From: Candidatus Binatia bacterium
GTDB taxonomy: Bacteria; Desulfobacterota; Binatia; Bin18
Reading direction: 5' to 3'
NCBI GenBank assembly: GCA_963666315.2
Contig: CAXXHG010000040.1
Span: forward strand, 55,149 to 119,148
DNA: 64,000 nt
Part shown: positions 29,093 to 38,975 of the stretch, in pieces
How positions within the stretch are numbered: position 1 is the stretch's first letter
Layout: each line of letters starts with the position of its first letter
The notes under the pieces: generated by a model
Told to the model about the DNA's origin: nothing
The model's input: only the letters and a program-made list of their open reading frames with translations
Database searches by the model: none
Made by a program: the position numbers and the translations under genes

Positions 29093-29497
29093 ATGCAGAC
29101 CGAAGAAACACGCGCGTTGATCAAAACCTATTACGAAACCCTGCCGACCGGGAACCGGGAAAAGCTGGCGTCCTTGTTTACTGAGGACATTGAGTGGCAC
29201 CCGCCAGAGAGTGCACCGCTTGAGGTTATCAAAGGCCCGCGAGCGGTGGCTGCCGAGCTAGGCGGCGACACGCCCAAGCGGATCTTCGATATGAAAACCT
29301 TCCGGCTGAAGATTCACCGCATGCTGGCAGACGGAGACACCGCAGTCGTCCAGCATTCCATTTCAGCCAAGACACGTGCAGGCGAGCAGTACGACAACGA
29401 GTACTGCTGGGTCTACCAGTGTCGGGACGGCAAAATTGCCAAGATCGAGGAATACGCGGATACGCTCAAGGCGGCACGCGTTATGAAATGGGAATGA
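29093..29497 (+). CDS. SnoaL-like/NTF2 domain protein
   Basis: LFTEDIEW, ADGD.AVV, G.QYDNEYCWV...RDGKI..I.EY.DT. Confidence 0.85.
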   Translation: MQTEETRALIKTYYETLPTGNREKLASLFTEDIEWHPPESAPLEVIKGPRAVAAELGGDTPKRIFDMKTFRLKIHRMLADGDTAVVQHSISAKTRAGEQYDNEYCWVYQCRDGKIAKIEEYADTLKAARVMKWE

Positions 29498-29589
29498 TCG
29501 GGTATTGACATGCCACTCTCTAGACCCCGTCCCTCTTTGCTTATTTTCTAGACAAGTCAGCAACGCTCCGGTAGTTTGCCAGCATGGAT

Positions 29590-29855
29590 ATGGTGGCAGG
29601 GGAATCTTCTTTGCCGAGTGCCTACGTAGCATGTTCGAACATAACTGGACTCGCCTGGAGATCCGCGGGAAAGCGGGCCAGACCTTCCTCGAAGAGGTCA
29701 AGGCGGAGCTTGAGCACTATGTCTGGAGCCTGCCCGGCATCAGCAACCGGTTCCGCGGCCCCCGCGACCGCGTCACTGCGCTCATCCCCAAACGGCGCGT
29801 CGATCTGTGGGCAGAGTGCAAGGCGCCCAAACTCGACGACTACATCGGCGGGTGA
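29590..29855 (+). pseudogene. 3' fragment of a flavin monooxygenase (BVMO-like)
   Basis: GIFFAEC....M......LE.R......F...V..EL...VWS...SN.FRG...RVTA..P.R..DLW..C..P.LDDY; no N-terminal part. Confidence 0.5.
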
Positions 29856-29920
29856 TGCAATCGGTCACGAGTAAGGTGCCAGGCAAAGCCCGGCTTGGTC
29901 AGCATCTCACTCGACCCCCA

Positions 29921-30121
29921 TCACTCTTCTGTCAGCAGCCAAGGCGCGGCAGCCAAGATCAGGCCGACGATGACCGCTGCATAGGGATTAGGTAAGAAAT
30001 AGGGAAGAGCACAAAGACCTATGCCCGCGATCAAAGGAATCAGCCTTTGCTGCTTCTTGCCATAGATGATTTATCCCACACCTATCGATCCAAAGAGGAC
30101 CGAAGACATCAACGTGGTCAT
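29921..30121 (-). pseudogene. Small membrane protein with internal ochre stop
   Basis: MTTLMSSVLFGSIGVG*IIYGKKQQRLIPLIAGIGLCALPYF...; TAA at 30071-30073 where Tyr is expected. Confidence 0.65.
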
Positions 30122-30179
30122 AATGCCCAACCACCATTAATCGAGCTGGATTTGGCAAAAGGTTGCCCTCCGCTCCACC

Positions 30180-30706
30180 TCACTCTGGACTTTCCTGGAG
30201 TCCATCGACATATACATATTTTCCGCTTGTCGGACTCATGACATAGCTAAGAATCTTACGACGATTCGTGCCCTTTCCTGGAGGTTTGAGAGAGACATGC
30301 ACCCAGCCAGAGTTTGGTCCTTCCGCAGCACTGAAACACTCTAGGATGACCTGGTCGAATTCAAGATTTTCAGTCACCCACTGGGCCAGCTCGATATTTG
30401 ACATATCAGGGATTTCGATATCGCGCGCTTGCCCTTCTTCTTAAGCGTCCGTTCCAGTGCTTGGGAACGATAAACGCTATTGGGCGAGTATGATCCAAAA
30501 GCGTCGCGTACGGCTTGGAGCACATTCCGACATAAATAGACTGCGGCCTGGGCCGTTGTCGCTCCTGAAAACGCATTATCGATTGCGTGTCGCTCAGCTG
30601 TTTCCGATTTTGTCAATTCGAAGAAGACAAAATTCTTGGACACTTGGTCTCGTGGATCCGCACGAGCAGGAAATTCATCCCATTTGACATTTGTTAAATT
30701 GGCCAT
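30180..30706 (-). pseudogene. Peptidase M15A (D-Ala-D-Ala carboxypeptidase/endolysin-like) with internal deletion and frameshift
   Basis: SKNF...ELTKSETA.R..IDN, VLQ.VRD.FG..S.YRS..L; then GQA.DIEI, FDQVILE, NSGWVHVS. The SxH zinc motif is missing at the junction near 30430. Confidence 0.75.
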
Positions 30707-30904
30707 GTTCTGTCCTCCTTAGGGGATTTATCAACAAAGCTTACCCTAAAAGAGATAAAAATAAAGCAATTTCAATATGTTGCATAACTTTACAGATTGT
30801 TCGGGAACAGGAAGAGCAAGACGGGAAGGATGTACAGTAGACTCGTACCACGACAACCAAATGGTGGAGATCGAAGAATACGCTGCTACACGCAAAGCAG
30901 CATA

Positions 30905-31294
30905 CTAGATCATTTCCAGTCCGATATGCCTCGCCATCAGATCGAAATCGGAATCATTATGAACGAGTTTGAATCCATGTTCTACACAGAATGTACCGAT
31001 CAGCACATCGATCGTCTTGAGCACGGTCACGCCTTTCGATCTGAGAAGTCGATAGTTGGCGGCTGACTTCTCTGCAATGGCAAACGCAACCATTTCAAAC
31101 CGGGGAAGTGAGGGAAGGAGAGAAGAGACTCGGCCTCGCTCACGCGAAGAACGGATGCCTTGCATTATCTCGCAGTACACGAGATCACCAATCCCGACGG
31201 GCTCTTGCTCAAGGCACCGATCAACCTTTTCGACAATATCTGGAATCCCGATCCGGAAATACTCGATCCAGGCTGACGTATCAACGATAACCAC
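30905..31294 (-). CDS. vapC: VapC PIN-domain toxin
   Basis: IVDTSAWIEYF, EIMQG, LRSKG.TV.KTID.LI, HNDSDFD. Confidence 0.9.
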   Translation of the reverse strand: MVIVDTSAWIEYFRIGIPDIVEKVDRCLEQEPVGIGDLVYCEIMQGIRSSRERGRVSSLLPSLPRFEMVAFAIAEKSAANYRLLRSKGVTVLKTIDVLIGTFCVEHGFKLVHNDSDFDLMARHIGLEMI

Positions 31295-31295
31295 G

Positions 31296-31487
31296 TCAGT
31301 CCTTTCTCATCTCGTCAAGATCGCCTTCCCAAGTGATGTTTCCTTTGAGCGTACGGAGCTTCTTCTGGCTATGGAACTGAACCAATAGCTGTAAGCCAGA
31401 CTCAATCGCTGCCCGCTTCGTGCGACAGCCGCTGGCACGAAGAGCGCATGACATCAGCTTATCATCGATAACTACATTCGTCCTCAT
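31296..31487 (-). CDS. vapB: VapB antitoxin
   Basis: MRTNVVIDDKLM..AL..SG..TKR.AI..GL, W.GDLDEMR. Confidence 0.9.
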   Translation of the reverse strand: MRTNVVIDDKLMSCALRASGCRTKRAAIESGLQLLVQFHSQKKLRTLKGNITWEGDLDEMRKD

Positions 31488-31493
31488 AATACA

Positions 31494-31528
31494 CCTCTGA
31501 ATGTGTATTGAACGTACACATTCAGAGG
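31494..31528. promoter_or_regulatory. Perfect 14-bp inverted repeat upstream of vapB (operator, overlaps the RBS)
   Basis: CCTCTGAATGTGTA-ttgaacg-TACACATTCAGAGG. Confidence 0.75.
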
Positions 31529-31556
31529 AAGATGTTTAAGGCTACACATTAGGAAA

Positions 31557-31655
31557 GGGAGCAGTACGATAATGGATACTGCGAGATCAACTCATACCAG
31601 GACGACAAAATGGCGCGGGTTGAAGAATACGCGGGGACGCTCACAGCAGCAGGCT
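31557..31655 (+). repeat. Degenerate copy of the 3' end of the SnoaL gene (29381-29479)
   Basis: EQYDNGYCEINSYQDDKMARVEEYAGTLTAA aligns without gaps to EQYDNEYCWVYQCRDGKIAKIEEYADTLKAA. Confidence 0.75.
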
Positions 31656-31756
31656 CTTTGAGCAGGCGTGATTAGGTAGCAGGCGCTGTGTCTATGGGAA
31701 AGCAAGGTGGGTCGGAGGACAGACCTCCTCTATCTACAGCGTTATACCGCAGCAAA

Positions 31757-31983
31757 TCATATTCCCCGAAAGATAAAGTAGGCAGCACCCACCACGCGAA
31801 ACGAAGCCCAAATATAATCCGTTTTCACCGGACTCCCCATGACGAACACCGTAAACGGGATGAAAATCAGGAGCGACATCCCAATCTGAAGGATTTGGAG
31901 CTGAGTGAGCGTGAGTTCGGTGTGGCCAATGCGGTTTGCCGGAATGTGAACCGAATATTCAAAAAAAGCGATCCCCCAACTAG
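31757..31983 (-). pseudogene. DMT family (DUF486) membrane protein, 3' half only
   Basis: SWGIAFFEY...PANRIG...L.L.QL.ILQ...SL.IF.PF...M.....DY.WA....GAAYFIFRG*. Confidence 0.75.
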
Positions 31984-32136
31984 CGAGGGCCTTTTAGTCG
32001 GAATGACCCCTTTTAGTCAGAACTACGGGTTAGGGCAGCAGCGTCTGTGGGTGGCAATTAGGTTGACAATGTCCCCGATAAGATTGATAGTCAATTTATA
32101 TAAGGTTGACAGTAATTCTTTGGAGATTCTGCAATT

Positions 32137-33174
32137 ATGGTAGGCGTAAGACGGAGAGGTGAAACGATACGCCAGTTCATCTTGGATAACGTCGAAAGCA
32201 ATCCACGCGACATCTCAAGACTGACTGTGGACGCCTTCGGAATTTCCCGCCAGGCAGTCAATAAGCACCTCCAATACCTCGTCAGACAAGGCGCATTATC
32301 GGCAAAGGGATCAACGCGCAACCGCGATTACGTAGTTCAGCCATTAGTCGAGTGGGAGAAGGTATACCCTATAGATTCCTCATTGATTGAGGATCGAGTC
32401 TGGCGTGAAGATATTGGACCACTTCTAGGTGGGTTGCCTGATAACGTGATGCAAATCTGGCAATACGGCTTTACGGAGATGTTCAACAACGTGTTGGATC
32501 ACTCGGCAGGCAAGAGTACATTTGTATGCGTTGAGAAAACGGCTCGTGTGACTGAAATCGGAATCTCTGACGATGGAGTTGGGATATTCAAGAAGATCCA
32601 GGACGAGTTAGGTCTGATCGATGAACGACATGCAGTTCTGGAATTGTCTAAGGGCAAAATAACGACGGATCCAGAACGTCATACTGGCGAGGGAGTATTC
32701 TTTTCATCCCGTATGTTTGATGACTTTGTAATCCTCTCTGGGACAGTCTATTTCTCGCATACACACGCGGAAATCAAGGACTGGATACTGGAAAGGCAGA
32801 AGTTTGAGTCAGGAACGAGCGTCTTCATGAAGCTACGGAACAATAGTTCGCGAACCACGCAGAAAGTGTTTGCAAAATTTACGGCGGCAGACGATTTTGG
32901 CTTCACGAAGACGGCTGTGCCCGTGCGACTTGCCAGGTATGGGGACGAGCTGCTTATCTCCCGATCGCAGGCCAAACGGCTACTCGCAAGGCTAGAACGA
33001 TTTAAGATTGTCATTCTAGACTTCGAGGGAGTTGAGACAATCGGTCAGGCGTTTGCGGATGAGGTGTTTCGAGTGTTTACAGCGCATCACTCAGCATTGG
33101 AACTGGTCCATATCAAGGCCAATAGTGCCGTCAAACGAATGATTGCACGGGCGCAGTCACTTGCACTTCCCTAA
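32137..33174 (+). CDS. HTH + HATPase-like + STAS-like (DUF4325) protein
   Basis: FGISRQAVNKHL, YGFTEMFNNVLDHS, DDGVGIF, HTGEGVFFSSR.FD, SRSQAKRLL, LDF.GV..IGQAFADE.FRVF. Confidence 0.88.
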   Translation: MVGVRRRGETIRQFILDNVESNPRDISRLTVDAFGISRQAVNKHLQYLVRQGALSAKGSTRNRDYVVQPLVEWEKVYPIDSSLIEDRVWREDIGPLLGGLPDNVMQIWQYGFTEMFNNVLDHSAGKSTFVCVEKTARVTEIGISDDGVGIFKKIQDELGLIDERHAVLELSKGKITTDPERHTGEGVFFSSRMFDDFVILSGTVYFSHTHAEIKDWILERQKFESGTSVFMKLRNNSSRTTQKVFAKFTAADDFGFTKTAVPVRLARYGDELLISRSQAKRLLARLERFKIVILDFEGVETIGQAFADEVFRVFTAHHSALELVHIKANSAVKRMIARAQSLALP

Positions 33175-33296
33175 CTCTCATTCTACTGAGAACCGATATC
33201 TAATAATTCTTGAATGATCCGGATATCCTCCCCAATTGTCCCTCCCCGCCAGAACCGGTAAAACGACTGCCTAGACTTTCGACACACGAGGGAACT

Positions 33297-33761
33297 ATGA
33301 GCGAGCGACCGTTTAAAGTGCTTGGTATTCAACAGATCGCCGTGGGTGGGCTGGATAAGAATCCGTTGCGCAAATTCTGGGTGGATACGCTGGGGCTGAC
33401 GCTGAGCGGGAATTACCGGAGCGAGAACGAGAACGTGGACGAGGACATTGCCATAATCGGCTCAGGACCACTCAAACTGGAAGTGGATTTGATGCAGCCC
33501 ATCGATCCGGAGAAACGCCCCAAGGTCCAAGACCCAGCGCTGAATCACATTGGGCTGTGGATCGACGACTTGCACGCAGCAGGGAAGTGGCTGGGCGAGC
33601 AAGGCGTGCGGTTTACGCCAGGCGGCATTCGCAAGGGCGCGGCGGGCTATGATGTGTGTTTCATTCACCCTAAGGGCAATGAAGAATTCCCGCTGTGTGC
33701 CGAAGGGGTGCTGATTGAGTTGGTGCAGGCCCCACCTGAGGTGATTGAGGCGTTATCGTAA
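33297..33761 (+). CDS. VOC family protein (methylmalonyl-CoA epimerase-like)
   Basis: [49 protein letters not shown]. Confidence 0.85.
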   Translation: MSERPFKVLGIQQIAVGGLDKNPLRKFWVDTLGLTLSGNYRSENENVDEDIAIIGSGPLKLEVDLMQPIDPEKRPKVQDPALNHIGLWIDDLHAAGKWLGEQGVRFTPGGIRKGAAGYDVCFIHPKGNEEFPLCAEGVLIELVQAPPEVIEALS

Positions 33762-33768
33762 ACAGGAG

Positions 33769-33828
33769 ACCCACCCCGGCCGCCGACCTATGGTCGGACG
33801 CGCCACCCCTCCCAAGAGGGGATTTTTT
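33769..33828. repeat. REP-like element (CCCACCCC...CCCCTCCnnnGAGGGGA)
   Basis: cccaccccggccgccgacctatggtcggacgcgccacccctcccaagaggggattttt between convergent genes. Confidence 0.6.
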
Positions 33829-33838
33829 AGGAGAGATT

Positions 33839-34672
33839 TTATCGTCCCGGTACGCGGTACATCCGAATTGGATGTGGAGTGCGGTGAAATTCGGGCAGGT
33901 CTCGCCATGGACGACCAGCAGTGATGCCACCGTCCACGGCTAACGCCTGACCGGTCACAAAGCTTGAATCATCACTGGCTAACCATAGGGCTGCTTTGGC
34001 GATCTCTTCGGGTTCACCCACGCGACCGAGAGGGTGCATATGTGCTGCGCCTTTGCGTAGACCGGCAACCTGTCTGTCCGTTGGTGTCGGACGGCCTACG
34101 GCGAGGGGGGTCACAATGGCACCTGGACAGATGCAGTTCACCCGGATATTGAACTCACTAAGCTCCAAGGCAACCGACTTGGTCAGATGAATCACCCCAG
34201 CTTTTGCAACACTATAGAGGTGCGTAGCCATGCCTGCTTCAATACCGGCGGCGCTGGAGGTGCTGATAATACTACCGGATTGTTGTTTCTTCATGATCGG
34301 CGCGGCGTGTTTGATACCGAGAAACACGCCTTTGAGCAACACATCAAAGGTCATATCATAGTCTTCAACGCTAATGCTCTCGATCGGCCCCAGGGCTCCG
34401 CCAAAACCCGCGTTGTTGAAAATACAATCCAGCCGTCCCCAACGCTCAACCGCAGCATCAATGGCTGCTTTGACCTCGACTTCTTGCGTGACATTCACCT
34501 GCTGAAATGCCGCTTGCTCACCCAGTTCTTCGGCAATGTCCTGTCCTTTATCTTCCTGCATATCCGCGATCAAGACGCGCGCGCCTTCTGCCGCGAACAT
34601 GCGGACGGTTGCCGCGCCTATGCCGCTGGCCCCGCCGGTGATCATGGCGACTTTTCCGTCAAGCTTGCCCAT
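33839..34672 (-). CDS. Short-chain dehydrogenase/reductase
   Basis: TGGASGIG, NNAG, YSVAK, RVNCICPG. Confidence 0.93.
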   Translation of the reverse strand: MGKLDGKVAMITGGASGIGAATVRMFAAEGARVLIADMQEDKGQDIAEELGEQAAFQQVNVTQEVEVKAAIDAAVERWGRLDCIFNNAGFGGALGPIESISVEDYDMTFDVLLKGVFLGIKHAAPIMKKQQSGSIISTSSAAGIEAGMATHLYSVAKAGVIHLTKSVALELSEFNIRVNCICPGAIVTPLAVGRPTPTDRQVAGLRKGAAHMHPLGRVGEPEEIAKAALWLASDDSSFVTGQALAVDGGITAGRPWRDLPEFHRTPHPIRMYRVPGR

Positions 34673-34698
34673 GTTTTCCTCCTTTTCTCCGCTGCTGA

Positions 34699-36084
34699 TT
34701 AATGGCTCGCTGCAGCGCGTGGTCGTTGGTCTGGTGACAACGACAGGACGTAGAACACAACATCCCAGATCTGGTCCAGCTCTAACACCTCTCCATATGC
34801 GGCCATGGACGACCCGTCCATACCGTTAGCAATACGTTTGTAAATATCTGGGGGCGTGTGCCCGCCCCGGAAGCTCCATTTATGTGTCAGATCGCGCGGG
34901 ACAATGGGATCACCCTCAGACGTCTTCAAATCCTGGCCTGAGCGGCCATCGCCCCGGCCTTCCGCGCCGTGACAACTGGGACAGCCGGAATCAGCATACA
35001 GGGAAACCCCGCGGGCAATGCGTTGCGGCGTGACTTCGGGCAGATCTGGAACGACAGTGGGTTTAGCCGTTGAGCCTTTGGCAAAACGAGGCGAGAATTG
35101 TTTGATGTAGGCCACACTATCGCGTCTGTCTTGCTCACTTAAAATCGCCTCAAACGCCGGCATGCCGCCACCGGGCAGTCCTTTGGTCACAGTCTGGAAA
35201 AGATCCTCATCAGTTGGCAAACTTCCCGTTGGCGCAGATCGGTAACGGAACGAGCCATACGTAAAATCGCGCGGCCGAGGCAGCCAGTTAAGCGCCAGAG
35301 TCCCACGCCCGTCTCCGTTTATGCCATGGCAGCCGCTACATTGGCTGGTATAAATCTTTTTGCCGCGCTCAAGCGTTTGCGCTGCGAGAGCGGCATCTCC
35401 AGAGTCGGCTTGTCTTTTCTCATCGTAATCCTGAAAGAACTTGGCAATAGTACAATCGCTCAGAAACGAGGCGAAATCGTTTTGTAAGCGGGCTGCTGTA
35501 TATGTCGCCGTCCGATCTTTTCCGAGCAAAACCGATGCAGACTGTCCTTCCGGCGCGATGCTCAACAGCCGAGAGTTGAGGAAGGGAAGCGCCGGGTTCT
35601 TCGGCGCAGCGACTGCTTCAAAAAACTCGCGCCACGGAGTGAGGGTCTGACTCTCTATTTCTGCAAGACGCTCAGCTATGTTTACATCGTATACACCACC
35701 GCGAGAATCAAAAAATTCCGGAAAGTCAGTGTCCCGCCACTGCCGTTCGGCAATGATATGCGCCAGCGCTTGTCCAAAAGGCACCACAACATCTTTTTGC
35801 CAGGCAGTGTCTTGCGCCCAGCGGAAGATTATCCCTTGAAGCCCCTCCCCGCTCAGTCCTACAATCGTAAAGGTATAAATCTTCTTGGCCTTGACCCATT
35901 CAAGAAACGACCGCCAGCGCGGATCTTCGGGTCTCAGCGTAAAAGCGTCGGCACGGAGGTCGGTGGCCGAGTTATAGCTCGTTCGTATATCTCTACACGA
36001 CCTTGTTCCCCCAGCCCCTGCAGGTTGCAGGGCCGGATGCAAGAGAACGAGAAAAAGCAGAACAATCGTGACCTTAGAGTACAT
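34699..36084 (-). CDS. Exported diheme cytochrome c with unknown N-terminal domain
   Basis: Signal peptide; CSGCH and CPSCH; PRPRDFT.G.F.YRS...G.LPTDEDL. Confidence 0.85.
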   Translation of the reverse strand: MYSKVTIVLLFLVLLHPALQPAGAGGTRSCRDIRTSYNSATDLRADAFTLRPEDPRWRSFLEWVKAKKIYTFTIVGLSGEGLQGIIFRWAQDTAWQKDVVVPFGQALAHIIAERQWRDTDFPEFFDSRGGVYDVNIAERLAEIESQTLTPWREFFEAVAAPKNPALPFLNSRLLSIAPEGQSASVLLGKDRTATYTAARLQNDFASFLSDCTIAKFFQDYDEKRQADSGDAALAAQTLERGKKIYTSQCSGCHGINGDGRGTLALNWLPRPRDFTYGSFRYRSAPTGSLPTDEDLFQTVTKGLPGGGMPAFEAILSEQDRRDSVAYIKQFSPRFAKGSTAKPTVVPDLPEVTPQRIARGVSLYADSGCPSCHGAEGRGDGRSGQDLKTSEGDPIVPRDLTHKWSFRGGHTPPDIYKRIANGMDGSSMAAYGEVLELDQIWDVVFYVLSLSPDQRPRAAASH

Positions 36085-36259
36085 AACCCTTCCCTATGTT
36101 CGACATAGGCGACACAGAACAGATAAAGCGCGCGCGTCGGCCGCCATTTCCAGCATCTCGATTACGGCATTGTATGCCGAACCTTTTCAGGCTGTGTAGG
36201 GGGGACGGGAGAGATGTACGAGCAACCGGCCGGTCGCCCGTATGAGATCTACCAGCCGA

Positions 36260-38032
36260 CTACAAGTCAACCTTAATACTCAGCTCACGCAGCTGTTTGG
36301 CGTCAACCGTTCCCGGCGCCCGAGTCATCAGGCATTGCCCCCGAGCCGTTTTAGGAAATGCGATCACTTCGCGCAACGAGTCTACTCCAGCGAACAGCAT
36401 GGCGAGGCGGTCAAAGCCTAAGGCAATACCACCGTGCGGCGGAGCACCGTAGGACAGTGCTTCCAGTAGAAAGCCGAACTTCTCTTGTGCTTCGGCCTCG
36501 TTGATCCCGAGCAGGGAGAAGACTTTCTGCTGAACGTCAAGACGATGGATCCTGATACTGCCCCCACCGAGCTCCACCCCGTTGAGCACCACATCGTAGG
36601 CAAGCGCCCGTACTTTACCGGCATCAGTATCAAGCAGGGCCAAATCCTCATCGTCAGGTGCAGTAAACGGGTGATGCTTCGCCACATAGCGCTGCTCTTC
36701 GGCGTTGTATTCTACTAAGGGAAAATCTGTCACCCACAGAAAATGCATCTCATCCTTGGGAATGATTCCAAGCTTATTACCAAGGTAGAGGCGTAAGCGA
36801 GACAAGACTTCACACGCAACGTCCTCCTGGTCGGCGATCATTAACAGCAGATCGTTTTGTTTCAAACCGAGTGCTGCCTCAATTTCCTTTTTATGCTCGT
36901 CACTCACAAACTTGGCGAGCGGCGACTGCCAGCCGGCCTCGGTGAGACGAATCCAGGCCAAGCCTTTTGCCCCAAAGCCCTGAGCCAACGGAATCAGATC
37001 ATCCAGCTCCTTGCGCGAAAAAGTGGCGTCCGGCACGACAATGCTGCGGACCACTCCCCCACTGGCGACAACCTCACGAAAGACCTTGATGTTCGTCTTG
37101 CCAAACAGGTCAGACGTCTCTCGGATTTCTAACCCAAATCGAATATCGGGTTTGTCATTCCCAAAGCGGGCCATGGCTTCAGCATACGGCATACGCGGAA
37201 AGGGAGTCGGCACGTCAATGCCTTTTATTTCTTTACACAGCCGGACCAGCATGCCTTCGGTGAGCTGAAAGACGTCGCTGGGCCGGACAAAAGACATCTC
37301 AATATCAATCTGGGTAAACTCAGGCTGGCGGTCAGCACGCAGGTCTTCATCCCGAAAGCAGCGTACAATCTGAAAATATTTTTCTAGGCCGCTGACCATG
37401 AGCAGCTGTTTGAAGAGCTGCGGAGACTGCGGCAGGGCATAGAACCCACCAGGATTGACCCGGCTGGGGACGAGATAGTCACGTGCGCCTTCAGGCGTGC
37501 TACGCGTCAAGACCGGGGTTTCTACTTCCAGAAAGCCTTCACCGTCCAGATAATCGCGCACAATCCTGGCCAGGCGATGACGCAGGCGCAGGTTCTCAAA
37601 CATTTTAGGCCGACGCAGATCAAGATAGCGATAACGCAACCGCGTATTCTCCGCTGCTTCTGTCTCATCTTCGATTGGAAACGGCGGCGTGCGGGATGGA
37701 TTGAGCACCCGCAACTCTTCTACCACCAGCTCTACTTCGCCAGTTGGTAGATTCGGATTAATCGTCTCCGCCGAACGTGGCTTGAGCCGCCCGCGCGCCG
37801 CGATCACATATTCCAAACGCAGATCCTTGGCCCGCGCGTGCGCCGTTTGATTCACTTGGGGATTGCACACAATCTGGACCAAGCCCGAACGGTCACGCAC
37901 ATCGATAAAGGTCACTCCGCCATGATCGCGCCGAGACTGGACCCAGCCCATCACTGTCGTTTGTTGCCCGACTTGAGTGATGCGGGGCTCTCCACAATAG
38001 CAGCTCCGCTGCCAGTCACCTAAAGACTCCAC
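36260..38032 (-). CDS. aspS: Aspartate--tRNA ligase
   Basis: RRDHGG, RYRYLDLRR, PEGARDYLVPSR, LPQSPQ.FKQ, FRDEDLRADRQPEF, PPHGG.A.G.DR. Confidence 0.99.
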   Translation of the reverse strand: MESLGDWQRSCYCGEPRITQVGQQTTVMGWVQSRRDHGGVTFIDVRDRSGLVQIVCNPQVNQTAHARAKDLRLEYVIAARGRLKPRSAETINPNLPTGEVELVVEELRVLNPSRTPPFPIEDETEAAENTRLRYRYLDLRRPKMFENLRLRHRLARIVRDYLDGEGFLEVETPVLTRSTPEGARDYLVPSRVNPGGFYALPQSPQLFKQLLMVSGLEKYFQIVRCFRDEDLRADRQPEFTQIDIEMSFVRPSDVFQLTEGMLVRLCKEIKGIDVPTPFPRMPYAEAMARFGNDKPDIRFGLEIRETSDLFGKTNIKVFREVVASGGVVRSIVVPDATFSRKELDDLIPLAQGFGAKGLAWIRLTEAGWQSPLAKFVSDEHKKEIEAALGLKQNDLLLMIADQEDVACEVLSRLRLYLGNKLGIIPKDEMHFLWVTDFPLVEYNAEEQRYVAKHHPFTAPDDEDLALLDTDAGKVRALAYDVVLNGVELGGGSIRIHRLDVQQKVFSLLGINEAEAQEKFGFLLEALSYGAPPHGGIALGFDRLAMLFAGVDSLREVIAFPKTARGQCLMTRAPGTVDAKQLRELSIKVDL

Positions 38033-38337
38033 AAGATCTCCCTTATTGTATGCTCCCAGCCAGAGGACACCTCAGCTAGGGTTCTAGATTGCGTATGGAT
38101 TCAATCATCGTGTGAGCCAAGAAGGATGAGGAAGTAGGGGCTGTTCCATTTTTTCAGAACATTCTCTACTTGTTCTCCCTTCTCTCCCTGACTTTCTGTC
38201 TGCAGAAAGTTGCGCAATCCTCCGCCAGCCATTATCTTCATTGATTCCTCATGAAGGGCTGCATTGTGCCAGAGGGCGCTTAGGTGATCAATGAGGAGAG
38301 GAGACCGCCTGCATCCATAGCATGCACAGGACGATTT

Positions 38338-38523
38338 TTAGGGTGTCTTAATCGTTGCCGAGGTCTGGTCGATTTCTCGCGCCCACTCGCGAGTGGAAAT
38401 CTGGGTCTTAATACGGGCCAGCAAATCTTTATGATTGACCGGCTTCACAACGAACTCACTCACGCCCAGAGCCATACCGGCCCCTCTGGTGGCCATATCA
38501 TCCTTCGCAGTCAGAAGGATGCA
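38338..38523 (-). pseudogene. Response-regulator receiver domain, C-terminal fragment
   Basis: ILLTAKDD....AGM.LGVSEFVVKPV...DLLARIK. Confidence 0.65.
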
Positions 38524-38975
38524 CCGACAAAAGCTATTGCCCGCGCAAGTGAAACTCTACCGCAACGCCGATCAGGCGCCTGGGAAATACGAGGAGATTG
38601 CACTCCTACACTCAAGCGGCGACTATGCCTGGACAGATGAGCCAAAGATGTTTGCCTCTATGATGAAAAAGGCGGGAGAGCTTGGTGCAAATGCCCCATC
38701 GGGTCGGGAGGCTATAATCCCTTTTCGCCCATTTTCTCTTTCATCTTTTCGTGATGGGTCTGCATGGCTTCGTGCCTCTTCACCCGCTGTTCAACCAGTG
38801 TGGCCAGTAACGCATCGGTCATTTGCTGGTGTCGGCCCCGGTGAAGTTCGCCTCCATGAAAGGGTCAAGGATCAGCCCGTCGGGTAGAACGCATTGCATT
38901 AGTTTGCGCATGAGGTCAGTCGGTTTATCCGTGAGATGGTGCTGACTGTCGGATCGCTACACGGTAACAGATGAA

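Noticed and set aside
30180-30706. Prophage suggested by the endolysin-like M15A gene
   Set aside because: No structural, terminase or phage integrase genes are nearby, and the gene is broken.
31688-32143. 151-aa plus-strand ORF
   Set aside because: It is the antisense reading of the DMT fragment plus a promoter region.
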